This document shows, piece after piece, positions 24,268 through 36,565 of a DNA stretch of 64,000 bases (positions within the stretch are counted from its first letter, which is position 1; each line of letters opens with the position of its first letter). The stretch is from Vicugna vicugna (lineage: Eukaryota). The notes beneath the pieces were generated by a model, which was given only the letters and a program-made list of their open reading frames with translations, ran no database searches and was not told the DNA's origin. Location: assembly GCA_013265495.1 (NCBI GenBank), contig MU058584.1, positions 434,001-498,000 of the forward strand, given 5' to 3'. The position numbers and the translations under genes are program-made.

Positions 24268-26677
24268 AAGCCTTTAATATTTCTTTGTTGATTCTTTCAT
24301 TGTTCATTTATTCATTCATTTATTCACTCATTCATTCAATAAACACTAATTTCATGCTTACTCTTTGCCAGGCACTGTGCACTAGAGACAAGGAGGTGAC
24401 TCTGAGACATGGCTGCCAACCAGCTCCCAGTTGAATTGGAGAGAAGAAGAAAGAGGGAAATGATGGACAGTAGTAACAGCTGTGCTCGAGGCAGGGCTAA
24501 AATGCCATAGGAAGTAGAAAATAGAAGGACTGGTTAGCTTCTAGGTTTGACTTTACCTTCATCATTTGTCTTCTGTTCAAAAGTAAATCTCAGTGTTGCT
24601 CTCATCCTTCCACCATTCAAATGGCTGATTAACCTCTCTTTTCTGTCAACCTGCACATCTGTTTAGTTGTTTGAAATATCCTTTTCTTCATTAGTCAACT
24701 GTTTTCCTTTGCTTTTTATCTTATATATTTGTTATTTTTTATTTGTGTTCTTGAAGCACCTCGGAGATCTATTATTTTGCTTAATTTTGTGTCTGGAATG
24801 TCCACCCTGTGCTTCCATAAAGAGTAGCTGACCCCATGTGAGAGTTCTTTCTGTATGCTTAAATTTGTTGATTAGTCAGGTTTCTCTATTTCTTTGACCT
24901 CTCCTAGTTGCTTTGAGTTGCTGATTCACCACTGTTATTCCTGAATTCTTAGAAGTTTTTGAAAAATGTTACTTTTTTCCCTCTAGGCTGCATCAGTGAA
25001 TAGAGCACCAAAAATAGAAAACTTTAATAATATAAAACAGTATTCCTCTGCCTCTGCCCTGTCCACCTCAGTAGAAGTTTCATGCTGCTTTCCTGTGAAG
25101 CTTCTCCAAGTATTTCTGAGCACCTCTGGCAGGTGCCTCATGGGTCCTAAAGACCACTTCCTCCTGAGTTCTCGGCATGGTGATGACCAGTCTGAGCTCT
25201 CACCCCAGCCCTGGGACCCAAGTCCCAGGAAGTGCCCTGCTGGGCCCTGCGGCTGGGTCTCCCTGATGCTTACCAGACTTGGGCCACTAGGCACCTTCCT
25301 GCAGTCATGCTGCTGCACCATTGCGTGCTGCCTTGCTGGGCCACATTGGTGATGCACTGGCGCCTCCCAGGATGCAACACTGTGCCGTGTCCTCCACTGA
25401 ACTGATGAGACCTTTACTTACAGCTTTGGGCTAGACTCATTTCGTGAGCCCTGGGACTTTGTTGTCTGCTGTGCCCTGATTTGTCATTTGGTCTTTTGCT
25501 AAGATGCAAACATGAGTCTACGAATGCCTGGCCAGAGAACAGAGTGACTGGCACTGTGTTACGCTCAGAACTTCCCTACTCCCTGCGCATGCCCTGTTGA
25601 CTGGCTCAAGTCTGTGGACCCAACTTTCTGCCCTAAAGATAACGTTCTCTTTCAGGAGTCCCTTTATTCCATCAGCCAGATGGTCTTCCAGCAGAATGGC
25701 TCCTAAGGTCCTTCACTCATGCTCAGATACGCCTGAGTCCTCAAGTGAAGACACTGCAGGTTTAAACAGGCACCTTTCATGTTTATAAAGTACTATAACC
25801 TCCTTACAGAAAATTTGGAAAAAAGAGGAAAGGAAAAATGATAACTCATGGTTTTACCATCCTTGTTTTGTTAGCATTTTGGAGAGTTTTCATCAGATCT
25901 CTGTCCCCTGCACATATTATTTAGTTGATTATGGTTTGTGCCTCTTTTGCCACCGTGTGGTTGAAGCCCAGCCTCCAAGTGTTGGCCTCCCTGTAGGACT
26001 GGAGGTGGAGACTGGTGCAGAGGGCCTCACGTGGACCTCCGTTCCCTACCGGGAGCTCCAACTGCACTTGCTTCTTCTCCCTCCTTCCTGCTGTTACTCT
26101 TCAGAGCCCATTGACACTTGTTTATGTTCCTTTCCCTTCTCGCCCTGATGCTCATCCCCTCAGCGCTTTCTCAGGTCTCTCTCTCATTAGTTACTCACCA
26201 CCCTGAGCCACCTGTGTCCCATTTCCACTCCTGTCTCTGCTGGTGACCACGGTGGGCTGGTGTGGGGGGGGCTCAGCAGCAATGAGGAAAACTCTTCTTC
26301 ATGCAGTTGCCATGAGGGGAGAAGGTCTCTGGGGGGGCTGGAGGTTGTGGCAGGATCAGTGCGTTCTTACCTCTGACCTGGCCAAAGCAGCAGTGAGAGT
26401 AAGTACTGCTGATGGGGGCGCATGTGTAACACCTGTGACATTTATTTTCTCAATGTCTAGACAATCATTGGACCACTTACTTCTAGAGTTTGACGCTTGG
26501 TGACTGGCATTTTAATCTCAGCCCTGCCCCTGATTGCCACTGTATACTTTACGCAGGTCACTTAACCTTTGAGCTATGGTTTTCTCATCTGCTAAATGGG
26601 AATATTAAAATTTGTCCTATCGACCTCACAAGTGTATTTGCAGATAGCACGACAAGCTTTTTGTAATTCTAGGAGTA

Positions 26678-26876
26678 CAACTGACCCTTGAACAACACGG
26701 GCCTACTTACACGTGGATGTGTTTCAATAGAAACACTGCAGTACTACACAACGTGCACATGCAGCAGTGGATACAGAGGAAATGCGGACATGGAAGGCTG
26801 ATTTGAAGTTATATGTGGATTTTCAACTGCTCAGAGGGTCGACACCCTAACCCCTTTGTTATTCAAGGGTCTACTA
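26678..26876. mobile_element. Tigger2a-like TcMar MITE
   Basis: TIRs caactgacccttgaacaac and gttattcaagggtctacta, each flanked by a TA target site (26676-26677 and 26877-26878). Confidence 0.85.
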
Positions 26877-26989
26877 TATTATGAAATATAAAAGAAAATA
26901 CTTATATCTAATAAGAGAGGTACAAGCATTATATAACAGTATTATTACATTGTTAAAACATTGACTAAACATTGTTAAAACATTAAAAC

Positions 26990-27220
26990 ATTGACTCTGC
27001 AACCAGATAACCTGGGTTCAAATTTTAACACTACCATTAGTGTCTGTGTGACCTTGGGCTAGTTTTCAGCTCCTCTGTGCCTTGGTTTCCTCTGCTGTAA
27101 GATGTTAAAGCAGGATAATAGTACTTACTTTCTGAGCTGTGGTTATGGTAGGAGTAAATGAGCTAATGTTACGTAGCACGTTTAAAGGAGGGCTTGGCAC
27201 ATTTGCAAGTGGGTGCGCTT
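26990..27220 (+). mobile_element. MIR SINE
   Basis: cctgggttcaaat...tgtgtgaccttgggc...ctctgtgccttggtttcctc core, ataatagtac, gcttggcacat. Confidence 0.8.
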
Positions 27221-27834
27221 ACCATTTACAGAGACTGTCTGTCGTCAAACCTGTCCCTGCTGGCTAGGGAAGGGGCCCCAAGCGAGTGACTTAGAGGGCA
27301 GGAAGAGCGTTCATGTTTATCTGGTGCCTGTTGTGTGACAGCTACAGCTGGTACTTCTGTGTATCTTCTCCTTGGAAGAAGAAGCTGAGCATGAGAGGGC
27401 ACATCTAGCAAGATTCAAACTTTTTGATTGACTCCAAATTGGCGCTCCTTTCATTGTATCCTGCCACTTCCCATTTGGGTCCTGACACATCTGTTGTCGG
27501 CATCTGGGTCAGCCACCAGTGTGTTCGAATGAATATGGATGTCTTAATTATTGTTGGTGCCAAAGGGGCAGGGTGGGTGTGCGTCGCTGACTCACTGATG
27601 CCAGAGCCAAGGGCACAGGCTCTGTGTTCACCCTGTGAATAGAATTAAACATGCATGTACACCTTTCTCTTTATCCTCTTCCTTATTCTGTACATTTCTC
27701 TGATTTGATCAGCGTCAGTTTTAAAAGTCAACCTTTGGCTGCTCTGCTGGCTGATTTACCACTGTGATTGGAGATGACATTGTACCACTTGCTGAGTGAC
27801 AGCAACTTCCTTCCTACCCTTAGATACAGTGGTA

Positions 27835-28010
27835 GCAATGATAATGATGGCCTTCGAGGGCTGATTAGATAATCTCATTTATTTCTCTTGAACAACTGTG
27901 AGGGAGGTAGTTTTATCCCTCTTGGTGGAGATGAAGAAAGTCTTAGGGAGACTGACTAACTTCCTGAAGATATCACAGCCATAAGTGGCCAAGATGGGAT
28001 TTGAACCTGG
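27835..28010 (-). mobile_element. MIR SINE
   Basis: Antisense core: agatgaagaaa...taacttcctgaagatatcacagc...gggatttgaacc. Confidence 0.7.
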
Positions 28011-31000
28011 CCCCCACCACTGCATCCATCAGGTCAGTTCTACTTTTGACTTAATTTGAGCTTCCAGAGAAGATTCTGAGACTTGAAACATTTGAAAATC
28101 ACTGTTCTAGGAAAAAGACTCTGGCTGGGAGACCGATGACCTGAGTTCTCACTTGGGGTTGATATGAAGTCACTTGTCTTCTACTGAGCCTCAGTTTCCC
28201 TTTCTGTGAAAGTGCGGCCACATGATCAACCTCAAAAATGTCAGGCTAATGAACACCATGACGGTGCTTTGAGCTTTCTTACGCATTTGAAAGCAAGCCT
28301 CTTTAGTTGTGCCCAGAGTGACCACATTGAGAATTTCATAATAATGATGACAGGTGTGACTCATCCCTCTGTTGTTCCTCCTCCCCCGGCCCACCCTGGG
28401 CCAGGTCCTGCAGGTGTCATCTTCCAGCAGGTCTTGTGAGAGCATCTTCAGGACTGATTAGGGGCTTGCTGGTCTCTGGGGGCGGTGATCACACATGTGG
28501 TTTGCTAGCCAGCAGGAGCGCCTGTTTAAGACCAATTTCCCTCACTGCATGGCCTCCTGACTCCAACCTCCCACTTTTCCTGGAATCCAGCCTCTCAGGG
28601 AGTGGAGCAGGTTGTCTGCAGTGTCCAGGCCAGCCTGCCCCTTCCAGCCCCACCCATTGTCCACAGGGGGTCGCTGCCATTTGCTTGCCCTGCTGGAGGA
28701 CAGATGCAGCTCTGAGTACAGCGGCCCTCACTCTGCCTTTGCAGCCACTTTTCAAACTTCTTGGCCCCAGCAGAGCATGTGCTGATGGACGGACCTAAAA
28801 CAGTTTTTCGTGTACAGATTTTGGACTGCCTTGGGACATTCTCCACGAGTTCAGGGGAGGGCCTCTTGTGTAGCAGCAGCCTAGTGTGCACGTGAGGTGT
28901 TATGTAGTGCTTAGCAGAGGGATGGGGGGCATTCAGATACCCTGCAGAGTGACGTGTCACTCCAGCATTTACCGGCTGTCTCTCACTGAGAAACTCCTTA
29001 ACCTCTACCTCTCTACTTGAAAAATGGGGCTGAGAACACCCACTTTGTTAGGTCCCTGTGGTAGCTGACATAAGGCATGGCCAGTGCTTCCAGCAGCGCC
29101 CGGCACATGGTAGGTGCTTCGTGATTTTAGCTGTTAGTAGCAGCTGTCTCTGGGAACGGGGGCAGTCAGACCTAAACCTGAGAATTATTTGTTTAGGTGT
29201 TGGGTAGGCTCCTGTTTTCATTTTCCTTTCATCTCATAGCCCCCAGAAATCTGATCCTTCTGCCTCTTTTTTTTTTTTTTTAAAGCATCTGTCATCCTTT
29301 ACTGTCTCTTCTACCCCAGTGCTAGGGATCAGGGACCTGGCCCTTCACTTGTCCTTCAGCGTCTGTCTCTCCTTCAAAAAATCTTTTCTTTTTTAAAGAG
29401 TTACCATTGCTGGTATCATCAGGGAAACAGATGGGACACAGGAACTGTTCTTTTGAATAACTACTTAGAGATGATGCTTGATGTGAACCTTCAGAGTGGC
29501 TTGTTGCCCGTGGTGGAAAGGACTGAGTTCTGAAGAGAGTAGCCCTGAAATGGTTCAGCCCTCTAGGAAGTTTCTTCTTGTAGGAATGACTAGGCCTGAA
29601 GTTTTAAGCTTTATTCTGTGATTCACTTGACTTTAATCACACTGCTGCTTGAGGGAAAGATTGATGGCTTGGAAAAACATTGCCTGTAACTTTACCTTTC
29701 AGAAAGCAGCTTTTATCCACTTGTGCCCCTGAGAAAGAGTAAACATTGACACATTAAATGAAATAACTTCGATTTTTCCATGTGGACATGTGTGATGAGA
29801 TGCTGTGGGAACTGGAAAGTTTCTTCTTTCTTCATAACCACCTCCCTCACTGCTGTTCAGCTAGAATTTGAGGATCCTGCTATGTGTTGTGCGCAGATCT
29901 AAGTTGCTGCCACGGAAAGCAAATTGGGGTGGAGGGGTGTGTTAGATGGACAGTGTACCAAGAACACAGGTGCCCAGAGTGGATGTTGAACCCATGCCTC
30001 TGAGTTGTCTGGCCAAAGAAATAGAAGCGCAGTTGCCAAAAATCATTTTTCTCATGTATAAAATGGATACAGTGTGATATGGACTTCGGAGGCACTTGTG
30101 TGGTTATCTGCAGCGTTTCCAGGGCCAGTGCTGATTGAATTTCCTGGGCTTTGTTGAGCGGAAGCTTACCAGGTCCTCCTGTGTTGTCTCGAATGTTGAT
30201 TGCCATTTTGGCCCTAAATTCTCACATTTTGGTAGTCTCATCAAGCAAACCTATCCCTTCCCTGTGGCCTTGTGCCAAGGGCCCCCTGTCATTTTACATA
30301 TGGATATTTGCTTGTTTGTTTATTTATTTATTTATTTTTGCATGTGCTCCTGGAATCTTTGGGCTGAGTGGGGGAAAAAAGTTGATATGATTCACTATTT
30401 TATTTATTTAAATATAGAAAATATTATTAAATCTTTCTTAACTTTCAGATATTTTGAGGGCAGAAAAAGCTCAGAACAGCTTGATAAATCTGATCAGGCA
30501 TCTCTGAAAACTAAAATTCCTCTGAATATTGTCTCTACACAGCAGCAAACACATCCAAGTTACAGGGAATTTGGCTTTCTCATGTTCTGTTGCTGTGATT
30601 ACAAAGTGGACCAACTTCTATGAAGCCAATTGGTAACAGCTCTCAAATTTTAAAACATGCTTCCCCCTTTGGGCCCAATAGCCCTGCCCCCGGGAACTTA
30701 GCCCATAGAAACTCACACTGGTGCCCAAAATATATGTGAAAGAAAATGTTCACTGAAACATGGTATAAACTGTAATTAGAAACAAGCTAATTGAACATCA
30801 GTTGCAGATGGGTTGAATAAATTGTGGTTTTTAACCACATTTAAATTAAATGCTGCAGAGGAGCCTTTAAAATGATCAGATAGGAGGTTGTGAGAGACAC
30901 ACAGAGAAGGGAGGGGTGTGGTGGCCTTAACTCATTACAGAATCCAGGACCCTTGCCTGGCTCTAGTGCAGAAGAGTCTCGCCTAGGATAGGGCAGCAGT

Positions 31001-31148
31001 AATCAAAGTGTATCCAAGGCCACTGAGGTGCAAGACCATTTTCATAGAAACGCGGGGATGTCACCTGCCTTTTTCACACTCTTGCTCTCCCGAGTTCCTG
31101 TGGGGTTTTCCAGGGAAAACCTGGCCTGTAATATCACAAAACTGGGAA

Positions 31149-31192
31149 GATATGATATGATATGATATGATATAAAATAAAATAAAATAAAA
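31149..31192 (+). repeat. Compound microsatellite (GATAT)5(AAAAT)3-4
   Basis: Direct reading. Confidence 0.9.
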
Positions 31193-31314
31193 GATAGAAC
31201 TCTGTGTCCTAACATGAACCAAAGTACATGATCTGTTGAGGGAAGAATCAGGTTATAGAGCAGCATGTGTCTTACATATGTTATCTTATATGGATTGGAA
31301 GATACAGCTCAATT

Positions 31315-31655
31315 TTTCCCGGTTTTACTGAGAAATAATTGCCATACGTTAGTGTATACGTTTAAGATGTATGACATGATGTTTGATTTACATCTGTTTT
31401 AAATGATCACCACAACAGGTTTGGCTAACGTCCATCTTCTCATAGATACAATAAAAAGAAAAGAAAGAAGAAAAGAAGAAAGGAAAAAAAAATACTCCTC
31501 TTTGTGATGAGAACTCTCAAGATTTACTGTCTGAACAACTTTCCTGTATGTCATACAGCCGTGTTAGCTGCAGTCATCATGTTGCACATTACATCCCTAG
31601 TACTTGTGTATCTTATAACTGGAAGTTTTTACATTTTGACCACTTTCCTCCAATT
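31315..31655 (-). mobile_element. L1 3' UTR fragment (L1MA-like)
   Basis: tttactgagaaataattg, ttgtgatgagaactct, acattacatccctagtacttg, ataactggaagttt antisense L1 3' motifs. Confidence 0.8.
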
Positions 31656-34099
31656 CACCATGTTGACATATTTATCAGACAATGGGTCTTATTATCCAGA
31701 ATTTGTTGATCTGGGCTCAACAGATTAATTGATTAATGATTAGGGCTCTATTCCAAGTGAAAAAAAACCAAACTGTTTAAATACTATTTTTAACACATTT
31801 TGAAGTGGTGATTAGGCTTATTACATGGTGTTAATCTATTGAGGAATTCACACTGAAAGGCCTATTGATTTCCTTTCTTTGTTTTGTCTTTCTTATTTTT
31901 CAATTACAACTAGATCTTTTGCTGGCGAAAAAATTCCAAATTGTATAGAAGATCGGGCCATACTCTCATACTCCCTCTCTAGGGGTTTACCAGCATTAAC
32001 ATTTTGGGGAGTCATTTTAGTTCCTTTTTGTGTTTTAAGTACATAACACACCTGTACACAAAGTTAAGAGCATGATCTCTGGATTCAAAGCCTGATCTCA
32101 TGGCTCACTGGCTTTTTACCTAAGGCAAATCACTATACCTTTCTCAGCCTCATTTCCCTCAGTTTTCAAATGGAGAATATTAAATAGCTCATAGGACTGT
32201 TAGTGAATATTCAATTAAAAAACCTATGTCAATATTTAACATAGTATCTCAAACATAAGCACTCAATAAATATCAGCTACTAATTTTAAAAACAAAAATG
32301 GGATTATACTATTCATACTCCTACAACTTTTTTTTAAAAAAAAGATCATGGTAAATGGCATCCTTTCATGTCAGTATATACCAGTATTCTTCATTTGTTT
32401 TTAAGACCTCATAGTGTTATTGTATAGATTAAATTATAATTTACATAATGATTCTCCCCATTGAATATTTGTTTTTTTTAAAATTCTCTGCTGTTATAAA
32501 GAATGTGGCGATGAATACGCTTGTATCTCTCTCCTTGCCCTCTCTGTATTTCTGTAGGCTTTATTGCTAGGTGTGGAATGGCTGAATTGGATGCTATGTC
32601 AGTTTTTTTAGGTACTGTCAAGTTGCTTGAATGCCCACTGTTAATGTTCAACTGAAGCAGCATTACTGAGTAGTAGTATTACAGCAGTACACAAAGAACA
32701 ATATCTAATAGTGGCCAGTAGCATCATTCCTTTCCTGAGCGTGGGCAGACATTTAGGAGACCCTTGTACTTGACCGGTGTTACTTAAAAGAGCTCATTAT
32801 GGACTTGGGTGTGCTCTGTGTTGTCAGAACCTTCCAATATAAGGACTGTTTAAGTGGTATTGACACTTAAACACATTACATTTATGTATCAAGAATGCTC
32901 ACCGGTGTATTTTCCGTCAAGCATAAGTTTTTTTTTTTTAATTTTGCAATTTTTGGCATGAATCATTTAATGCCAGGTCAGCCACAACTATGACTTTTTT
33001 TTTACATTATTCAACCTAATATGTAAGCCAAACAGGCAAATGCGTAAGTGCAGGTAGCCCATTGTACCTGCTGGTTGGTTATGAAGTTGTACTATCTTTT
33101 ACCTCTTTGGCAACTCTGTTTCCAGTTGATCATGATGAGCACATTTTGCATCATTCTGAAAAGGCATGAAACCACTGAAAGAAAAGCGAAAGAAGAAACA
33201 TGACATCCACTTTTAAGAAGGCATATTTACATTCCTGGTGGGGCAGGGTTAAGGCCATGTGTGGCTCATTAGGTCAAGAGAATGGAGGAAAATGAGTGTG
33301 GTGGTGGTGTTAGGAGACTGTGTACACAGATCACACTATTCTTTTACCATTTTGTTTTTGGAGAGCCATGAATAAGCTCTCATCAGTTGCCATTTCAGCT
33401 TGTGTATTGATTGCAGTATCACCTTAATGTTCTGTTCAAAGACTTTTTAACATTTTATTCAGGATGTTGACTATAAAGTATGTGGCATCTTTAGTAAAAT
33501 GGCCCTGAAATTATATCCAAGACAGTTGTGATTATTATTACATGTAAGAGTTTAAGTGAAAAAATATCTCCTTTAGAATCTAATTATGGAAATTTCTGCT
33601 TTCAGCTTAGAGGTACAGTTGTAGGCACACCTCCCTAACCCCACACCCTCCCCCCTACTCTTTTTTTTTTTTTTTGATCTTGTGTTGAGAAAGCAGAAGA
33701 ACTCAACTGAGGACAGGAAAACAACTAAGAACAGTCCTGCGATTATTTGAAAACAGCTACAGAGTAGATTCTTCCTTACCAAAAATTGGATTGGCATTGG
33801 GTATGAAGGGCTGGGGGCTGCAATAATTAAGGAAAGACCAGCAGAAAGGCTTTTGGGGTCAAGCTGAACTTTATGTTTGGAAGAAAGTCTGAAAGAGGTT
33901 GGGTTTACAAAGTCAAGGCAAAGAAAATATTTTGGTAAAAATCTGAGGTTAAGAACAGGTTCAGTTAAACTGTGATCAGGGTATTTTTTGAGAAAAAAAA
34001 TCCTAATTGAGCTTGTAATTGTTTTACATAAAATATTTTCTTTATGAATCAACTGTTAAGTTCACTTGCTTTAATAGTCATCATTTAGTAGGTAGAGTA

Positions 34100-34388
34100 T
34101 TGGAAATTAGAAAGTCAGATGGAGAAAGACAAATTGCATATGATTTCACTCGTGTGAAATTGAAAAAAAAAATGAACAGAGTGAACCAAACAAAAAGAAA
34201 CACGTACAGAGAACCAGGGTAGTGGTTACAGGGAAGGGGGTTAGGGGTAGGGGGAAATGGGTAAAGGGGTCTGCGGGGTGATGACAGGTGGAAACTAAAC
34301 TTTTGGCAGTGAGCATGCTGTGCTGTATACAGAAGTCGAAATATACTGTGCACATGAAACTTATATAATGTTATAAACCAATAAAAAT
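34100..34388 (+). mobile_element. L1 3' UTR fragment
   Basis: agtcagatggagaaagacaaattgcatatgatttcactc, gtggttacaggg G-rich tract, gaaacttatataatgttataaaccaataaaaa. Confidence 0.85.
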
Positions 34389-35958
34389 ACATATATAAAT
34401 TTCAAAGGGCATGCCTTGCAGTTCAGAGCATCTGTTACCCATGTTGGCCCAGTAGCCTATTTGCAGGAAAAACCTTAAAGGAAACCTAAGACCACAAAGT
34501 CAGGATAAACATTTCAATACTACACAATGACAATATGTATAAAATTTATTTCTGAATCAAAAGAACACCTTTCACTTGGGCCTGGGTACCCTGGGTAGTA
34601 TCTTTTCTACTAGAGAGTCATTCTGCTAAAGACAGTCTCTATTTCACTTTTAGGAAGTTTATATAATTAGTTATTTTAATTTATACCTGCTGGCACTTTG
34701 CATTCACAGGTTTAAAGATTGTGTAGACTCATTAACTTTTAATTAGCAAGCGTTGCAGTCCTAACATCTTTCATTCAAGATCTCGGGGTGTTTCTGGGAG
34801 AGAGAGAGAAAAAAGGCAGACCTTTCTCAGTCCACGATTGACAGATGGGAGCACTTGGGATGTGTATAGTTCAGGGATCCACTCAGCAAACAAGGTGAGG
34901 AATGATTCTTGAGGCCATTCATTCATTCAGCACATATTAATTGCCTGTCTCGAGAGTCAGAGGAAATATGCCAGTGGAAACTTAGGGCATGATTTGGTTT
35001 TCAATATGGTTGAGCTTTATGGGTACAGGACCTTAGAACTGGAAACCTGGGAGTCAAGAAAAATGTCAGATAAAAAAATACATGTTGTGTTGGATGAGGT
35101 AACTGGGACACTAAGAGGGGTAGCCCTCCTGATATTATTGCTTTAACCATTAAAAAATTGAAAAATGAGGAATTATACTGAACAGAAAGACAGAGGAGAT
35201 GCTGTGGACCCATTCCTTGAACCTGATTTTATTCAGAGAAACTGGCAGAAGGTGAGAGAAGGAGGGAGGTTAGGATAAGAACTGTCTGTTCATTTTTGTT
35301 GCCAGGGGATTTGGCTATAATCTTCCCATGGTTTTGGCTAAGACTGTTGGTGTTTCCAGGATCACCACAAGCACAGAGTAACACTGCTTTATCAGAGGGA
35401 GACCAGGGTAGGGGGTTTGGGGGCTTGGGGCTCATGAGTAACAAGGAAGACAGGTGGTGAATGCAGGGCCCTGGGCAGTCTTAAACAGGGAAAACGTGAG
35501 CTTCCAAAGAGCATCTCAGTAACCATAAGCCTCTGAGTGGTTTTCCCCTTGGAAATTTATTCTCTTTCCAATGATAGACCTGAGACCCAGAAGCCTGGAG
35601 AATGATGCCTGCTGCCCTTCCACCACCCAACATAATTCTCTGATTCTTCATTTGATTCTGGCCCCTCTTGAGCCTGCAGTGAGAAATATCAGCACAGATT
35701 TCTCTGACCAGGGCCCTCCAGGGTGGTTAGGAGGTCACTTCCCTTATATCGTATTCATTAGTTTTTGGTGGCTCTGCCTGTCTCTGAAGGCCTGGACCAT
35801 TGTCACAGCACAGACCACAGCCAGTCATAGGAGAAGTGTATCTTTTGAGTCTGTCTCTTGTCTTCCTCATTCTCTTCTGTGCTCCCTGTGGGCCAGGGCT
35901 CTGGCCACTGCAACAGGTACTCCGGCCCAGCTGTATCTCTAAGAGCACCATGTACCTT

Positions 35959-36565
35959 TGAAGTGGGAGGCAAAGGGGCAGCGCACAGCCACTGAAGCAA
36001 TGACACAGCAGTTGAGGACAGGACAGACTGGTTAGAACCAAGATGGCAGAAGAGTTGACTTCCAGTAGACCTTGAGCCTCATGGCACACCCACAGGTGCC
36101 ATGATCATTCTTAGGCTGACCATAAAAGGTTAACAGTGGGTGGGCGGGACATTTCCTGGAAATCCTCGTCCCTTCCTCAAAATAGTTGGAATAATCCTCC
36201 TACTCATTAGCATGTGAGATTACCAAGCCCATAAAACCTAACACGTTTACACCTCGTGGTTGCTCTGGCTCTGGCTCTGGCTCTGTCACACTCACCTTCT
36301 GAGACGATCCATACTCTGTCTATTTAATGTGTATCTACTTTTTCTTTAAGCACCCCACACCTCTCGGTCTCTCTCCCTCTTACCTTTCTGAGATGGCCCA
36401 CATTCTGCCTATGGAGTGTGTGTCTCCTAAGCCATCTTCCCTTCTGAGAGAGCCAGACCACACTCTGTCCATGGACTGTACATCTCTCTAAATAAACTTG
36501 CTTTCCCATGCCTTGCTCTTGAGTTCTTTCCTGGGTGAGGCAAGGACCTGTTCTCCCCTCTGACA
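35959..36565 (+). mobile_element. MER41-like ERV1 solo LTR, copy 2 (intact ends)
   Basis: TG...CA termini with 4-bp TSD cctt (35955-35958 and 36566-36569); same MER41 blocks as copy 1; AATAAA in aaataaacttgc. Confidence 0.9.
36153..36161. promoter_or_regulatory. STAT GAS motif TTCCTGGAA inside MER41-like LTR
   Basis: Matches TTCN3GAA; extends to interrupted palindrome atttcc-t-ggaaat at 36151-36163; function not shown. Confidence 0.55.

Noticed and set aside
28658..28676. CTCF site ccacagggggtcgc
   Set aside because: Spacing does not fit the CCASYAGRKGGC core; the match is too weak to call.
30135..30623. 162-aa ORF with an acceptor-like site at about 30448
   Set aside because: Non-ATG start, spans a (ttta)n patch and runs into an old L1-like fragment; no good donor and no recognisable protein.
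33125..33180. C/D box snoRNA (atgatga ... ctga)
   Set aside because: C-to-D spacing too short and no terminal stem seen.
23659..36565. The two same-orientation LTRs as the 5' and 3' ends of one 13-kb provirus
   Set aside because: Copy 2 has its own TSD on both sides, the copies are substantially diverged, and the DNA between them holds ancient MIR, Tigger and L1 pieces with no gag, pol, env or PBS.
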